A DNA stretch of 63,658 nucleotides, counting the filler, from Octopus bimaculoides (Eukaryota), in assembly GCF_001194135.2 (NCBI RefSeq). It is 6 parts of 6 records of this genome, joined end to end, with 100 filler letters (N's around TTAATTAATTAA, not from the genome) between each part and the next. Parts side by side here need not be neighbours in the genome. Positions count along the whole stretch, not along the records: positions 1 to 22,156 come from NC_068984.1; 5 more parts are not named here. One strand, 5' to 3'. Both the position numbers and the translations under genes were made by a program. Under the pieces are notes generated by a model that saw only the letters and a program-made list of their open reading frames with translations, made no database searches and had not been told where the DNA came from. Below are positions 1 to 12,869 of the stretch, piece after piece; positions within the stretch are counted from its first letter, which is position 1, and each line of letters begins with the position of its first letter.

Positions 1-10
1 TATATATATA

Positions 11-110
11 GGCGCAGGAGTGGCTGTGTGGTAAGTAGCTTGCCTACCAACCACATGGTTCTAGGTTCAGTCCCACTGCGTGGCACCTTGGGCAAGTATC
101 TTCTACTATA
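11..110 (+). mobile_element. tRNA-derived SINE family A, 5' head fragment
   Basis: ggcgcaggagtggctgtgtggtaag...ggttcagtccc with A/B-box-like motifs; the same head recurs many times in the window. Confidence 0.85.
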
Positions 111-636
111 GATAGATAGATAGATAGATAGATAGACAGACATAGATTTGATAGATAGATTGATAGATAGATAGACATAGATATATACGTGTGTGTGTGT
201 GTTCATATATATACATACATACATAATGCATACATATACACACATACATACATGCATGCATACATACACATTGCTATGTCGATCGTTGATCGCCATGACA
301 CTTTTAAAGTCATACTTTGTTTAAACTCTGCTAGAGAAAGTTAATCTCTCCACTTCTTTTGAATTATTATTCCATTGTAAATGGCTCATCCATCCCCCCG
401 AAATTGCTGCACCTGTGCCAAACGTTGAAACTGATAATGAAATCACAGAAATATGACAGAATGCTTCATCGCAAAAAAAGAAAAAAGGAATGGTTATTTG
501 GCTGATTCACAGGCGCACGATTCTATAAATTTGTTGATGCTCCTCTGTTATTGTCTCTTAATGATTTTAGTTTGGTTCCTGGTTCTCGAAACGCTAAAAC
601 TCCATACCGTCTCTGCCAAACCTACCTGACACTCAC

Positions 637-720
637 CATTATGACTAATTCTCTGAGATTCGCATAAAAACTTTCACGAGACTTTCCTTCCAATAAATTT
701 TCTTCTGTGGAATTCCGCTT
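637..720 (-). CDS. Candidate internal coding exon of an unidentified gene (KRNSTEENLLEGKSRESFYANLRELVIM), phase 0-0
   Basis: On the - strand: pyrimidine tract ctatctttctcccacctttggcag acceptor, 84 nt open frame, ATG|gtgagt donor. Phase-compatible with the exon at 1828-1871. Confidence 0.65.
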
Positions 721-1503
721 CTGCCAAAGGTGGGAGAAAGATAGCGGCTGATTAAATCAATTTTGTTCTGTACAGGTGTTGTCACAAAGATACAACTTTG
801 ATGTAACAGGATATAGAACAGATAAAAAAGTAAAGTATAGTGTGAGTGTGTGTGTGTGTGTATGTGTACTGTGTATGTCTGCGTACGCGTGTGTGTGAAT
901 GCAGGAAGAGAGAAAATCTCAAATGCGATATCTTCGCTCATACCGTTTACCCGGATGTTAACTAAAAATAGTCATGTAAACTGGAATTGTAATTACAATC
1001 TCGCAGACAACGATGACTCTAAGAGGATATGTGTACATTGTGTCTATATTGATTCATCGTATAATTGCTTTACTAAATTTTTATGCCTCTTTTATTGCGA
1101 GTCGCTATCGAAAATATGCGTGATTGTGTGGTAGGGTGGATGTGTGGACGCATATAAGTAAGTATGTGAAAGTAGTTACATATATATGTAATTGTATACG
1201 CACACATATATATATATATATATGTTAATATTTAGAATATGTTTATATCTACCAACATATCCATCTACGAGAAAGTGTAGAATACATGTATATACATAAC
1301 ATATATACATACGTGTGTATCTGTGTTTCTCTAGGTGTATCCGTTTGTGTGTGTGCGTGTGTGTTTCTGTGTATGCAGATGTCTATAGCCGACGTGTATA
1401 ATATATGTATCATAAATCAGACATCTTAAATACATGTATACAAATATACATATATACGTATATATTTATGTATTTATACAAACACACACACACCACATAC
1501 GCA

Positions 1504-1589
<86 letters not shown>

Positions 1590-1631
1590 TGTGTGTGTAT
1601 GTATGTATGTATGTATGCATGTATGTATGTG

Positions 1632-1662
<31 letters not shown>

Positions 1663-1683
1663 GTATATAAATATGTATGTGTA

Positions 1684-1729
<46 letters not shown>

Positions 1730-1827
1730 CTATGGTATATTCTGTTAAGAACGTAGTAGAGAACGATATGGAGTTCGTCCACCTTCAGATTACCCCCTGT
1801 GTTATCCAGTAGAAGTAATATACGTAC

Positions 1828-1871
1828 TTGCAGGTTTACGTTTGGTTTTTCTGTCGTGTGCGAAGAGATAA
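1828..1871 (-). CDS. Candidate coding exon ((V)[14 protein letters not shown]), phase 1-0
   Basis: ccaattttttcag acceptor, caa|gtacgt donor, 44 nt. Joins 3390-3447 to 637-720 in one open frame. Confidence 0.55.
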
Positions 1872-3389
1872 CTGAAAAAATTGGAGTCCACAACAAGAAG
1901 AGGAATGTTTGGATGTTAATTTTTTTATCACTACAATTGTTTCGACGCAATCTAAATCTCTCGGTGTTCACGTACTAGATTATGCATCTGTTTCCCTGCA
2001 TTATGAGATCTAGTTGTGTCTCCTCAGGTGATATGTAAATATTGTATCCATAAGCTTAAAATGCTCGGCTTCAAAAGCATCATATCTGTTTGTCATAGCC
2101 TGAATTTAGTAGTGTTTATAAAATGAACGTCCAACCGTACCCCTTCTTACATGTGGCATATGGTGCACCTCTATAGGTAATGACGATTTGATAGAGGGAG
2201 TGAGCTTATGTCTACACAAACATTTGATCACTATAAACAAATCATCTGCATGGTTGTTCGGTAACAAACTGTCGAACAGACGGGGGACTCCATTATATAT
2301 ATATATATATATATATNNNNNNNNNNNNNNNNNNNNNNNNNNNNNNNNNNNNNNNNNNNNNNNNNNNNNNNNNNNNNNNNNNNNNNNNNNNNNNNNNNNN
2401 NNNNNNNNNNNNNNNNNNNNNNNNNNNNNNNNNNNNNNNNNNNNNNNNNNNNNNNNNNNNNNNNNNNNNNNNNNNNNNNNNNNNNNNNNNNNNNNNNNNN
2501 NNNNNNNNNNNNNNNNNNNNNNNNNNNNNNNNNNNNNNNNNNNNNNNNNNNNNNNNNNNNNNNNNNNNNNNNNNNNNNNNNNNNNNNNNNNNNNNNNNNN
2601 NNNNNNNNNNNNNNNNNNNNNNNNNNNNNNNNNNNNNNNNNNNNNNNNNNNNNNNNNNNNNNNNNNNNNNNNNNNNNNNNNNNNNNNNNNNNNNNNNNNN
2701 NNNNNNNNNNNNNNNNNNNNNNNNNNNNNNNNNNNNNNNNNNNNNNNNNNNNNNNNNNNNNNNNNNNNNNNNNNNNNNNNNNNNNNNNNNNNNNNNNNNN
2801 NNNNNNNNNNNNNNNNNNNNNNNNNNNNNNNNNNNNNNNNNNNNNNNNNNNNNNNNNNNNNNNNNNNNNNNNNNNNNNNNNNNNNNNNNNNNNNNNNNNN
2901 NNNNNNNNNNNNNNNNNNNNNNNNNNNNNNNNNNNNNNNNNNNNNNNNNNNNNNNNNNNNNNNNNNNNNNNNNNNNNNNNNNNNNNNNNNNNNNNNNNNN
3001 NNNNNNNNNNNNNNNNNNNNNNNNNNNNNNNNNNNNNNNNNNNNNNNNNNNNNNNNNNNNNNNNNNNNNNNNNNNNNNNNNNNNNNNNNNNNNNNNNNNN
3101 NNNNNNNNNNNNNNNNNNNNTATATATATCTTAGCCTATTGCATAGCTTTTAGTCTATTGTTTTCGAGTCTACACCAGTTATATCGGAGCAGTGTTGAAG
3201 TTGTATAACTAGAATGCATTGCTTATTTAGATCATTAAATGTTTTAACAATAAACTCTCAGCTGAAGCTTGCTTTTTTTACTCACTGTTTCTTTTTTTCG
3301 CTTTTGTTTGTTTCTTTTTTTTTATTTCCTTTCTGTTTCAAATCTAAACTTATCCACTGTGTTTGCATCGCTGGAAATCGATGAATTAC

Positions 3390-3447
3390 CTTTCATTTTC
3401 TCACTCTCCTTGTAATAATAGAAGCTGTTGTAGATGCTGTGGCCCAT
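3390..3447 (-). CDS. Candidate first coding exon (MGHSIYNSFYYYKESEKMK); exon spans 3390-3460
   Basis: caacag acceptor at 3461-3463, in-frame stop upstream of aacATGg (good Kozak context), aaag|gtaatt donor, phase 1. Confidence 0.55.
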
Positions 3448-4039
3448 GTTGCGTTACGATCTGTTGAATTCAATGCAAGTACAATGCAACAACAACAACA
3501 ACAACAACAACAACAGCAACAACAACAACAGTAACAACAGCAGCAGCTGCAGTAAGAGCACGAGCAAAAATTACTACTACTAATATAACTGTTAGTACTA
3601 CTATATAAGTCTTGTAAACGGCGCCCTCTGTGTAGTCGTTCAGTCTGCTTGAAATAGCAGCCAGCATCTGCTTAGAACAGCCTACAGTGCTTTCAAGAAG
3701 ATTTTGGATAATGTAATCCCAATTCTAAAAATCTCTATGAAACAAATATGAGATGGTCACGACTGGAATGGACTTAGCATAGGTCTGTAAGAACTACTAA
3801 TATTACTGCTACTACTACTACTACTACTGCCACCAAATGATGAGTATTTACCTGTTTATAAATTTGGGACAAGGCCAGCAATTTTAATGGGAGGTATTTA
3901 ACGACTTACATCAGCGGCCAAGCTACGTAACAAGCACCTTATTTTGTCGACCCCGAAAGAAAGAAAGGGAAAGTTGATGCTTGCGCTATTTGAACCAAGA
4001 ACATAAAGACTCAAAATTCTCTTTAATAATAATTATTTA

Positions 4040-4500
4040 AAATTTTTGCCACAAGGGCAGCTTGGGGGAGGTGGAGATGAGTCTATTACATCGACGCCAG
4101 TGTTCAACTGGCACTTAATTAATCGACCCCGAGATGATGAAAGGCAAAGTCGACCTCGGCGGAATTTGAACTCAGAAAGTAGCGACGGGAGAAATACAGC
4201 TAAGCATTTCGTCCAGATGCTAACGATTCTGACAGACCACTGCCTTAATAATAATAATAAATTAATAATAATAAAAAGCAAGGCGGCTAGCTGGCAGAAA
4301 CGTTAGCACGCCAAGCGTAATGCTGTACGGTATTTCGTCTGTCTTTACGTTCTGAGTTTAAATTCCACCGACGTCGACTTTGCCTTTCATCCTTTCGAGG
4401 TAGATAAATTAAGTACCAAATGCGTACTGGGGTCGATGTAATCGACCGGCTTCCCTCCCAAAAAATGTTGGCTTTTGTGCCTAGAGTAGGAAATTAAATA
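4040..4500. mobile_element. Two SINE family B copies in opposite orientation around an (AAT)n run
   Basis: Shared core ggcggcgagctggcagaa...ttctgagttcaaattccgccgaggtcgactttgcctttcatcctttcggggtcgataaattaagtacc, on - at about 4040-4245 and + at about 4280-4500. Boundaries approximate. Confidence 0.85.
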
Positions 4501-4699
4501 ATTATAAAAAGCATTAGTAATTTTGGCACAAGATCAACCATTTTACCTTAATCACAACATTCCTCTGAGTAGGACGCCGCTCGGCCAGCAATTTTGTGAG
4601 AAGGCCAGTCGATGAGATCGATACTAGTACTCGAGTGGCACTTTGCTTCATCGACACAGAAAAAAAAACGATGAGAGGAGAAGTTGACTTCTAAGAACG

Positions 4700-4995
4700 C
4701 TAAGGATTTATTCTTTGTAAGCCTAGAACTTATTCTATCGGTCTTGTATGGCGAACCGCTAAGTTTCGGGAACATAAATTTACCAGCATCTGTTGTCAAG
4801 CGATGGTGGGGGGACAAACAGAGACAGACAAATATACACACACACATATATGTATATACGACTCGCTTCCTACACTTTGCGTCTACCAAATCCACTCTCA
4901 AGGCTTTGACCGGGCCGAAGATATAGTAGAAGACACTTGCCCAAGGTGCCACGCAGAGGGACTGAACCCGGAACTATGTGGTTGGGAAGCAATTC
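4700..4995 (-). mobile_element. SINE family A, near full length
   Basis: Reverse complement of the head/body/tail seen at 6995-7339. Confidence 0.85.
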
Positions 4996-6147
4996 AGCTC
5001 GAGCAATTCGGCCATCTTACCGATTAATCATGATAATTATTACAACAAAACAAATTAGAATAATTGCGTTAAGTGAAATTCATAAACTGTGGAAAATTCA
5101 CAAGAAAGGCAAATGTCATTTTAGATAAAGGAACGGAGGGTTAGAGATTCTGCAGAATTGCAAATATTTTGAAATTAATAAATCAGACACACAACATTTT
5201 TAAAAAAACCGTGAGCGATGAATGCTACAGACACATTTGATTAATACTTAATACTGAGAGCTAAATGGGAAAACAAAAACTAATTAAATAATTGAATACG
5301 CATCAATACTCCAGCTGTCCTGTTCCTTTAATTAGTTATAGCATTAATATTCCCAACTGAAGGTGAATGGGTCAGAAAACTGGGCAAAATGAATATAAAC
5401 TGAAAAAATACTGATGTTATTTAGAATATACCACCCAGGGTTTTGATACGGAAGGATTGTTATTTCCAACGAATGCAACCGTAAAGGAGGTTTAAATACG
5501 ACTAGAAAACAATAGGAAACAGTGTGACGTAAGAGACAATTGTGAAAGAAAGAGTTTACAATGCATTCTTTTGCTTGTTTCAGTTTCTTTGGCTGCGGTC
5601 ATGCTGGAGCACCGCCTTTAGACGAACAGCTTGACCCTTGGACTTATTCTTTGTAAAGTGATCGTGGATGGTTAACGCGTTCGATATGGTGTTTAAATAT
5701 GCATATCCACTCTTCACCTATTCTTCTATCTTCGATCGCATTGTGTACATAGACGTATTCTTATACGAAATGTCGTAAATTTCAGTGTTGGCTCAGAATT
5801 ATTTAGAAAAATCTGTAGAGATATCTTAAGAGTCATTGACTCGCACTGCTAACACAACCAGTAGGACATTTGTGTCTTTTTGTGTCTGTGTGTGAACTAG
5901 TACTCTTTTATATCCACGAGTTTAAGATTCTGACCAATTCTTTCTGGTAGAAAACACACACCTGCAAAATACTTATTCAAGACAAAATGACTTTTGGCGG
6001 AAGAATTACAGAGTCGACGAACGCAAATAAAATTATCTCAGAAAGGAATCCTTAAAATCCTGACCATCTTATAAATCTCAAAAGAAATAACCATCCATTC
6101 GTTGGAATTGGAGGCTCCGAGGATAACCAAATAAGGAATTCTATTAC

Positions 6148-6189
<42 letters not shown>

Positions 6190-6994
6190 TATTAACGACA
6201 GGCAATTCATGAATACATTTACTAAATTCTAACGTAACTTAGTATGTTAACGTCGCTGTTATGCCAGAGCTGGAAATATAATATGAAATGGAACGACATC
6301 GTTTCCATTAAATATCTCTATTGGGAAAGGGCAAGATATAAGTCATGAATATTTATTTATTCCAATTTCCCAGGTGGGGGTACCTACACACATACATACG
6401 ACAATAAGTGAACGTTTTCTCTGAATCACATCGACTATTTTCAGGGAATTAATATTAATTGTATAACAGATAAAATTCTTGTGTTAATATCTCGAGACTA
6501 TCGCAACTTGGCATATAACGTTTGCCGGAAAACTCCATCAACCCCCACCCTCCGTTGTTGTTGAAGCTGTCGTTATTGTTATTGATGTTGGTGTTGTGTC
6601 AAGCCAGCTTAATTCTAATTAAGCTTATATATGGGATACAGGTAATCAGCCAAACGATTAAATGCTATCCCCAAGCCTGTTGTTTCAGATATGCTATGCC
6701 TGAAGCTAACTGCAGACGAAAATTGGTTTGCAGGATCCAATAACGCACAGTGTGGTATGTCAAATATAGGTATACACAGGCACAGGCGATGATGCTGTGT
6801 GGTAAAAAGATTACTTTGCAACCACAGGATTTCGGGTTCAGTCCCATTGCGAGGCACCTTGGGCAAGTGTTTTGTGCTATAGACTCAGGCCGATGGAAGC
6901 CTTGTGACCGGATTTGGTAGACAGAGACTATGTATGTGTGTGTGTGTGTGTGTGTGTGAGTGTGAGCGCGCGTGTATATATATATGTTATTATA

Positions 6995-7128
6995 GGCACA
7001 GGAGTGGATGTGTGGTGAGAAGCTTGCTCCCCAACCACATGGTTCCGTGTTCAGTTTTCTACCGTAGCCTCGGGCCGACCAAAGCCTTGTGAGTGGATTG
7101 GACGGGCGGAAACTGAAAGAAGCCCGTC

Positions 7129-7160
<32 letters not shown>

Positions 7161-7337
7161 NNNNNNNNNNATGTATGTATGTATTTGTGTGTCTGCGTTT
7201 GTTCCCCCCCCCATCGCTTGATAATCAATAGAATAAGTACTAAGCTTACAAAGAAGTTGGGGTCAGTTTGTTCGACCAAAGACAGTGCTCCAGCATGGCC
7301 GCAGTCAAATGACTGAAACAGGTAAAAGAATAAAAGA

Positions 7338-7339
<2 letters not shown>
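6995..7339 (+). mobile_element. SINE family A, full length, followed by (GATA)n
   Basis: tRNA-like head, internal (TA)n, 3' ctccagcatggccgcagtcaaatgactgaaaca...aaaagaataaaagaat tail. Confidence 0.85.
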
Positions 7340-7407
<68 letters not shown>

Positions 7408-8650
7408 GATGCCTATTTATATGGCATATTGTAAAAGCAGAGAGGAGTAAAGCAATGTGAAATGATTAGTATTACTCAAGACCATTCTTAGAACCGCCAG
7501 TTTCAAGAATGGTGCACGATCTTACAAGCAGCACCTTAACTGCTAGGTCACTCGCCTTCACATTTGATATGACCTTGTGTGTGTGTGTCTGTATTTATGC
7601 ACCACCACCGCTTGACAACTGATGTTGGTATGTTTACTCCCCGTAACCTGGCATTCCGGCAACAGAGACCGATAGAGTAATTACCAGGCGAAATATTCTT
7701 CGAGGCGATGCCCCAGCATGGCCGCAGTCTAAATGACTGGCACAAGTTAAGTATCAAAGGTAAAAGCTGCTTTCTCGGCAGTAACCACCGCGTTCCTTCA
7801 TTCCACTGTTCAGTCTCCGCCCCGTTCGAACCTTCTTTCCTGTTCTCATTCCTTCTCTCATTCATTCTATCTTAATCACACATTTATTTTGCAGTATTTA
7901 TTCAAATCTATCATTCATTCACTCACTTCGCTTTCCCTTTGTTATCTCCATTGTTTCCTTCTCTCGCCGATTCAATAGCTAAAGCGTTCATTGATCCAAC
8001 GAAGAAATAACTCGACACACGAAGCTTTCAAATCTTACCCGGATGTAGATGTAGCCTGTCGTTTTAATCCATTTGTCACCACGAAACTATCCTACTTTCA
8101 GAAAACACATGATTATTTTAAAACTAATCGATATTATTGATCAATCGACCCATAATTTGTAATTCTTTTATTTGTATGCATAAAAAATTGCTATCTGGCT
8201 TCTTTTGATATACAATAATTAGAGGCCTATGAGGATGTCAGGCGACTGTTTTCTTGACAGAATGACGTAAAGAGAATTGACTTCGTATTGTGCCAAAGAG
8301 GGAGAGGAGCTGCCTAAGATGAAACGTCTCTTTGTGCTTCATTCTCGACAGTGAAAGCATTAACCTTGGAACTTACAATATATTCAATACTTGTGTACTG
8401 TATTACAGAGGACATTTTGAATTGTAACGATTTAAGACCGAACAGAGGTAATCAAGTGTAGTTTCTACGCTCTGGAAATGTTGCTAAGTAAGATCCGGAA
8501 AGAATAAATATGTTGTATGCTAAATACATGTAATTCAGTTTTAGGTTCATAGAAACAAATCGACAAAATCCATTAAGAGTTGAAGCTTTAAAACCTTAAA
8601 TTACACCAAATTAAGGGAGCAAGACATCAAATATAGAATCAATTTGAGCT

Positions 8651-9528
8651 TACGAAGTCTGATCAATAAGCATCCGGATTGCCATAGTAACGAAGCTAAA
8701 GCAGGCAGAGTGAAGCAGCTTTGAACAAATTGAGATTGAATTCTGCTGTGCATGCGCAATAAGTTTTAATGTTCTAACTCCCTTCCGCTGTTTACAGCAG
8801 TGCTTGGAAGGAAGGTGTGTATTGTGTGATCATCTCATTGAACCTGACAGAGAAAGTTGTCATGGCGACACCTGTTCAGAGGCCTACGCATACTTGCAGA
8901 AAGTATATGGAGAAGAGTGTATAATCCCCACACAAGTGTACGAGTAGTTCAGACGTTTCCAAAATGGCCGAAAAATGTCGATATTGACGAACGTTCTGGG
9001 AGACTCGCAACCAGCAGAACTGAATAAAAATTCGCAGATGTGCGCGCAGCTGTGAGGAGAAATCGTGAGCTATCAGAAGATGTGCAGATTAGTTTATGGT
9101 TCAATTCAGTCCATTATCACTGAAGATTTGGGAATGAGACGCGTGTCTGCCAAGTTTATGCCAAAATTCCTTTCAGCTGACAAAAGAGACACTCGGGTTT
9201 CAGTTGCACAAGACCTTCTTGTTTGTGTCCAGAACGATGAAAGCATTATGAAAACTTTGCGTAGGCCTCTGAGCATGTATCGCCAAGCTTTTGGCAAAAT
9301 TTGATGCAGATTCTCTGTTGAACTTTCTCTGTCATGGTCAATGCGATGATCACACACTACACACGCTTCTTCCAAGCACCGCTGCAAACAGCAGAAGTGA
9401 GCTAGAACATTAAAACTTAGCGTACACGCACAGCAGAGTTCAAGATCAATTTGTGCCAAGCGGCTTTACTCTGCGTGTTTTAGATTCGTTACTTTGGCAG
9501 TCCGGATGTTTATTGATCAGACCACGTA
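8651..9528 (+). mobile_element. Non-autonomous mariner (Tc1/mariner) derivative with about 208-bp terminal inverted repeats
   Basis: TA-flanked ends tacgaagtctgatcaataagcatccggattgcc / ggcagtccggatgtttattgatcagaccacgta. Decayed transposase N-terminus (KVYGEEC...ERSGR...TEDLGMRRVSAKFMPKFL); no DD34D catalytic domain. Confidence 0.85.
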
Positions 9529-10538
9529 TATTAAAATGTTGATTGAATAAAGATGTCAAATACATAATTTGTTAACTAAGGGCAACGGCAGAATTTTAAT
9601 CTCTGGGAATCGAAGAGAGCATTGCGTTTATATTGAAAGACAGGGTCCATATGAACCTTAAAGGTTCATGTAAGGTTTGGTTGTTAAAGTCTATCTACAA
9701 TCAATTGATTATATTTCTAAAATGTACAAAATAGTTTAACAATTTTTTATACATTTCCTAATGATATCTCATTATAAAAATAGAAAAGGATTTTTTAAAG
9801 CATCGAATGGCTATGAGGGTCCACCCGAGTGCCTCAGAAACCAAAGAGGTCCATCAGCGAAAAATAGTAGAAGGTAAATTAGAAAGGAAATTAATTTGTT
9901 GGAGTTGTTGTTCTTGCTATCGTTGTTTAGTTACAGTCCTTCTTTGTGGAAGCTGACAAATTATCTCGTTATGTACGAGTAGAAAATAAATGGCTCCCAA
10001 AAATTTTAACCATTGTTCGTTTAAGTTACCGCACTAATGATTGTGACCCGGCTCGCCTAGATTTCTACAAGAAGCAGCAGCAGTGCCCTTTGTCCTACGA
10101 CTCATTGGGTCAGTTGCCCGGTTTCCATGGGGTATAAGTGACCGAGGTACCTTGTTGTAGGGTGACTTGTTTACAGCTGAGCGAACTGTAGCAATGTGAA
10201 AAGAAATAATTTACTGAAGAATAAAATTTACCGCCCGGTCCGGGTATCGAAACCACGTTCATGCGAGCAACACCTCTAACCACTATGCCAGTACATATTA
10301 TTATTTCATAACACAACAAATTTATATTTCTCAATGAGGTTTTTAGTTTTTATTGTTCACTCCTCAGGATGTCAGCCTGATCAAATAAACAATGTTGATA
10401 AAAACATAATTTGTTTTAAAATTAGTCGATATTATTGATTCATCGATCTATAACTTGTAATACTTTAACTTGCGGCATAAATAAACAAAAAAAATATCAT
10501 CCGGTGTGATTAGTTACACAATATCTTGTATGAATTAA

Positions 10539-11465
10539 TACTGGGTTGTCAAATAAATTCGTTCGTTTTTTTCTTTTCTACTTGGTATTCCGTCTTCATA
10601 AATCTGGAAAGAGGTAAAATGCACTCAAATTTGAAAGTTATCATGGAATAAACTACCCGCATGAGGCGCAATGGCCAAGTGGTTAAGGCAACGGAATCAC
10701 GGTCGTGGGATTGCGGTTTCGATTCCCAGACTGGGAGTTGTGAGTGTTTATTCAAAGAAAACACCCAAAGTTCTACGAGGTTCTGGCAGGCAGTGGTGGC
10801 GAACCGTGCTGTACTCTTTCACCACAACTTTCTTTCATTCTTTCTTCCTATTCCTGTTGTACCTGTAATTCAAAGGGCCAGCCTTGTCACACTCTGTGTC
10901 ACACTGAATCTCCCCGAGAACTACGTTAAAGTTACACATGTCTGTGGAGTGCTCAACCACTTGCACGTTAATTTCACGAGCAGGCTGTTCCGTTGATCGG
11001 TTCAACTGGGACCCTCGTCGTCGTAACCGACGGAGTGCCTCGAAATTACCCGCACCAGACGTTAGCTGTCGAGACGCTACATCCTTTAAAACTTCCATGC
11101 TTCCTGAAATCTACCAACAGTATACCCGATGGGTTTCTTTTTGTTGTTTTTTTAGATGTAGTGCACCCGAGCATTGTATACAGCAATTTCATTCATGTAG
11201 TGAAAAGTTGTACAGAAAAAACTGCTCTACAAAGAGAAGGCATAAAACACTACACCAAAATTGTTTTTCGAGCTCATTCAAAAAGCATTGTAAAATATTA
11301 GTTTTAAATTTTTTGGCAAAACCAAAGTTAACCGCGGCGAAATTTGAACTGTGGACGAACAAAACACCGCAGCGTATTTTTGCCCAGGATGTTATCGATT
11401 CTTCCATCTCGCCAATTTAGCAATTGAGAAACGGAAAACGAATGAATTTATCAAACAATGCAATA
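10539..11465. mobile_element. Degenerate Tc1/mariner-type non-autonomous element interrupted by a SINE
   Basis: Imperfect TIRs tactgggttgtcaaataaattcgttcgtttt and aaaacgaatgaatttatcaaacaatgcaata with TA termini. Confidence 0.5.
10664..11039 (+). mobile_element. tRNA-derived SINE family C, full length
   Basis: aggcgcaatggccaagtggttaagg head, B-box ggtttcgattccc. Near-identical reverse copy at 39103-39481 and a partial copy at about 35400-35620. Confidence 0.85.
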
Positions 11466-11470
11466 TTTTG

Positions 11471-12130
11471 GTTTCAAATTTTGGCACAAGGCCAGCAATT
11501 TTGAAGCAGTGAGTAAGTCGGTTAAATCGATCCCATTGTTTAAGTGGTAATTATTCTATCGACCTCTAAAATGTGAAAGGCAAAGTTGAATCCGTCGGAA
11601 TAGACAATCCAATATATTCTTTTCTAATCTAGGAACAAGGCCTGAAACTTGGTGGGGGGCAGTCGATTAGATCGATTCGCAGTACGGAACTGGTACTTAA
11701 TTTAACGACTCCGAAAGGATGAAAGGCAAAGTCGACCTCGGCGGAATTTGAACTCAGAACGTAACGGCAGACGAGATGCCGCTATGTATTTCGCCCGGCA
11801 CGCTAACGATTCTGCCAGCTCGCCGCCTTCTAAGTATAAAATATTCTTCTCTACTCTAGGCACAAAGCCCGAAATTTCAGGGGAGTGGGGTGGGGGGTAG
11901 TCGATTACACGGACCCCAGTACACAATTGTTACTTCATTTATCGACCCCAAAAGGATGAAAAGCAAACTCGACCTCGGCGGAATTTGAACTTAAAACATA
12001 AAACAGACGAAATACCGTTAGGCATTTCGCCCGGCGTGCTAACGTTTCTGCCAGTACGCCACCTTGACAATCCAACATATTGTTTTCTACTCTAGGTACA
12101 ACGCCCGAAATTTTGTGGGAGAGGTCCAGT
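11471..12130 (-). mobile_element. Head-to-tail stack of about four SINE family B copies/fragments
   Basis: Repeated gatgaaaggcaaagtcgacctcggcggaatttgaactcagaac core, all in the same orientation. Confidence 0.85.
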
Positions 12131-12580
12131 AAAATATTGCCATTCCTTAGGTATGATGAGGTTTGTACTTATCATATATTTCAATTCTAACAAAGGTTGA
12201 ATATAATGTATGGTTTCGTTAATCGTTTCGATGGTGCTAAGTAAGATTTTTTTCAGCTTCGATTGCTAAAAGTCTTTGTGTACTTTTCGATAGGTTGCAG
12301 CAGAGGAATTATCTTAAAATCTCCGTTAATTCTGTAATTAGTAAAGATGGGATATTCGGGACGGAGTTTGCCAGTTTATAAGCAAAGAAATTGATAAGAA
12401 ATATAATTAAATTAATATGAACGGTATAAAAAAAGAGAAAGCAGAGAAGAAGAGAAGCGATGAGGTATATAAATAAATAGTGAACTTATAAAAATAAAAG
12501 ATAAAATTCAAAGAGTTAATGAGAGATCAAATGAATACGTGATTAATTAGATAAGCTGTATATACATGTGGGTGTTAATA

Positions 12581-12638
<58 letters not shown>

Positions 12639-12837
12639 AACAAACAAATACATATACACATATATAAGTGGGTGGTGGAGATGAGGTGGGCTGTTTCTAA
12701 TTAAATATATGTTAGTGGGTTAATAAATGAACGATGGCAAGAATCAGCGTTCAGGAAGAGGAGAGTGCAAGCTCAGGAGCATGCGCGTGCACTTGTGTTT
12801 AGTGCCTAAACTACATGAGTATCCCTACATACATATA

Positions 12838-12869
<32 letters not shown>

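Noticed and set aside
11-110. tRNA-like sequences at SINE heads
   Set aside because: They have A/B boxes but continue into SINE bodies and lack a complete cloverleaf; not tRNA genes.
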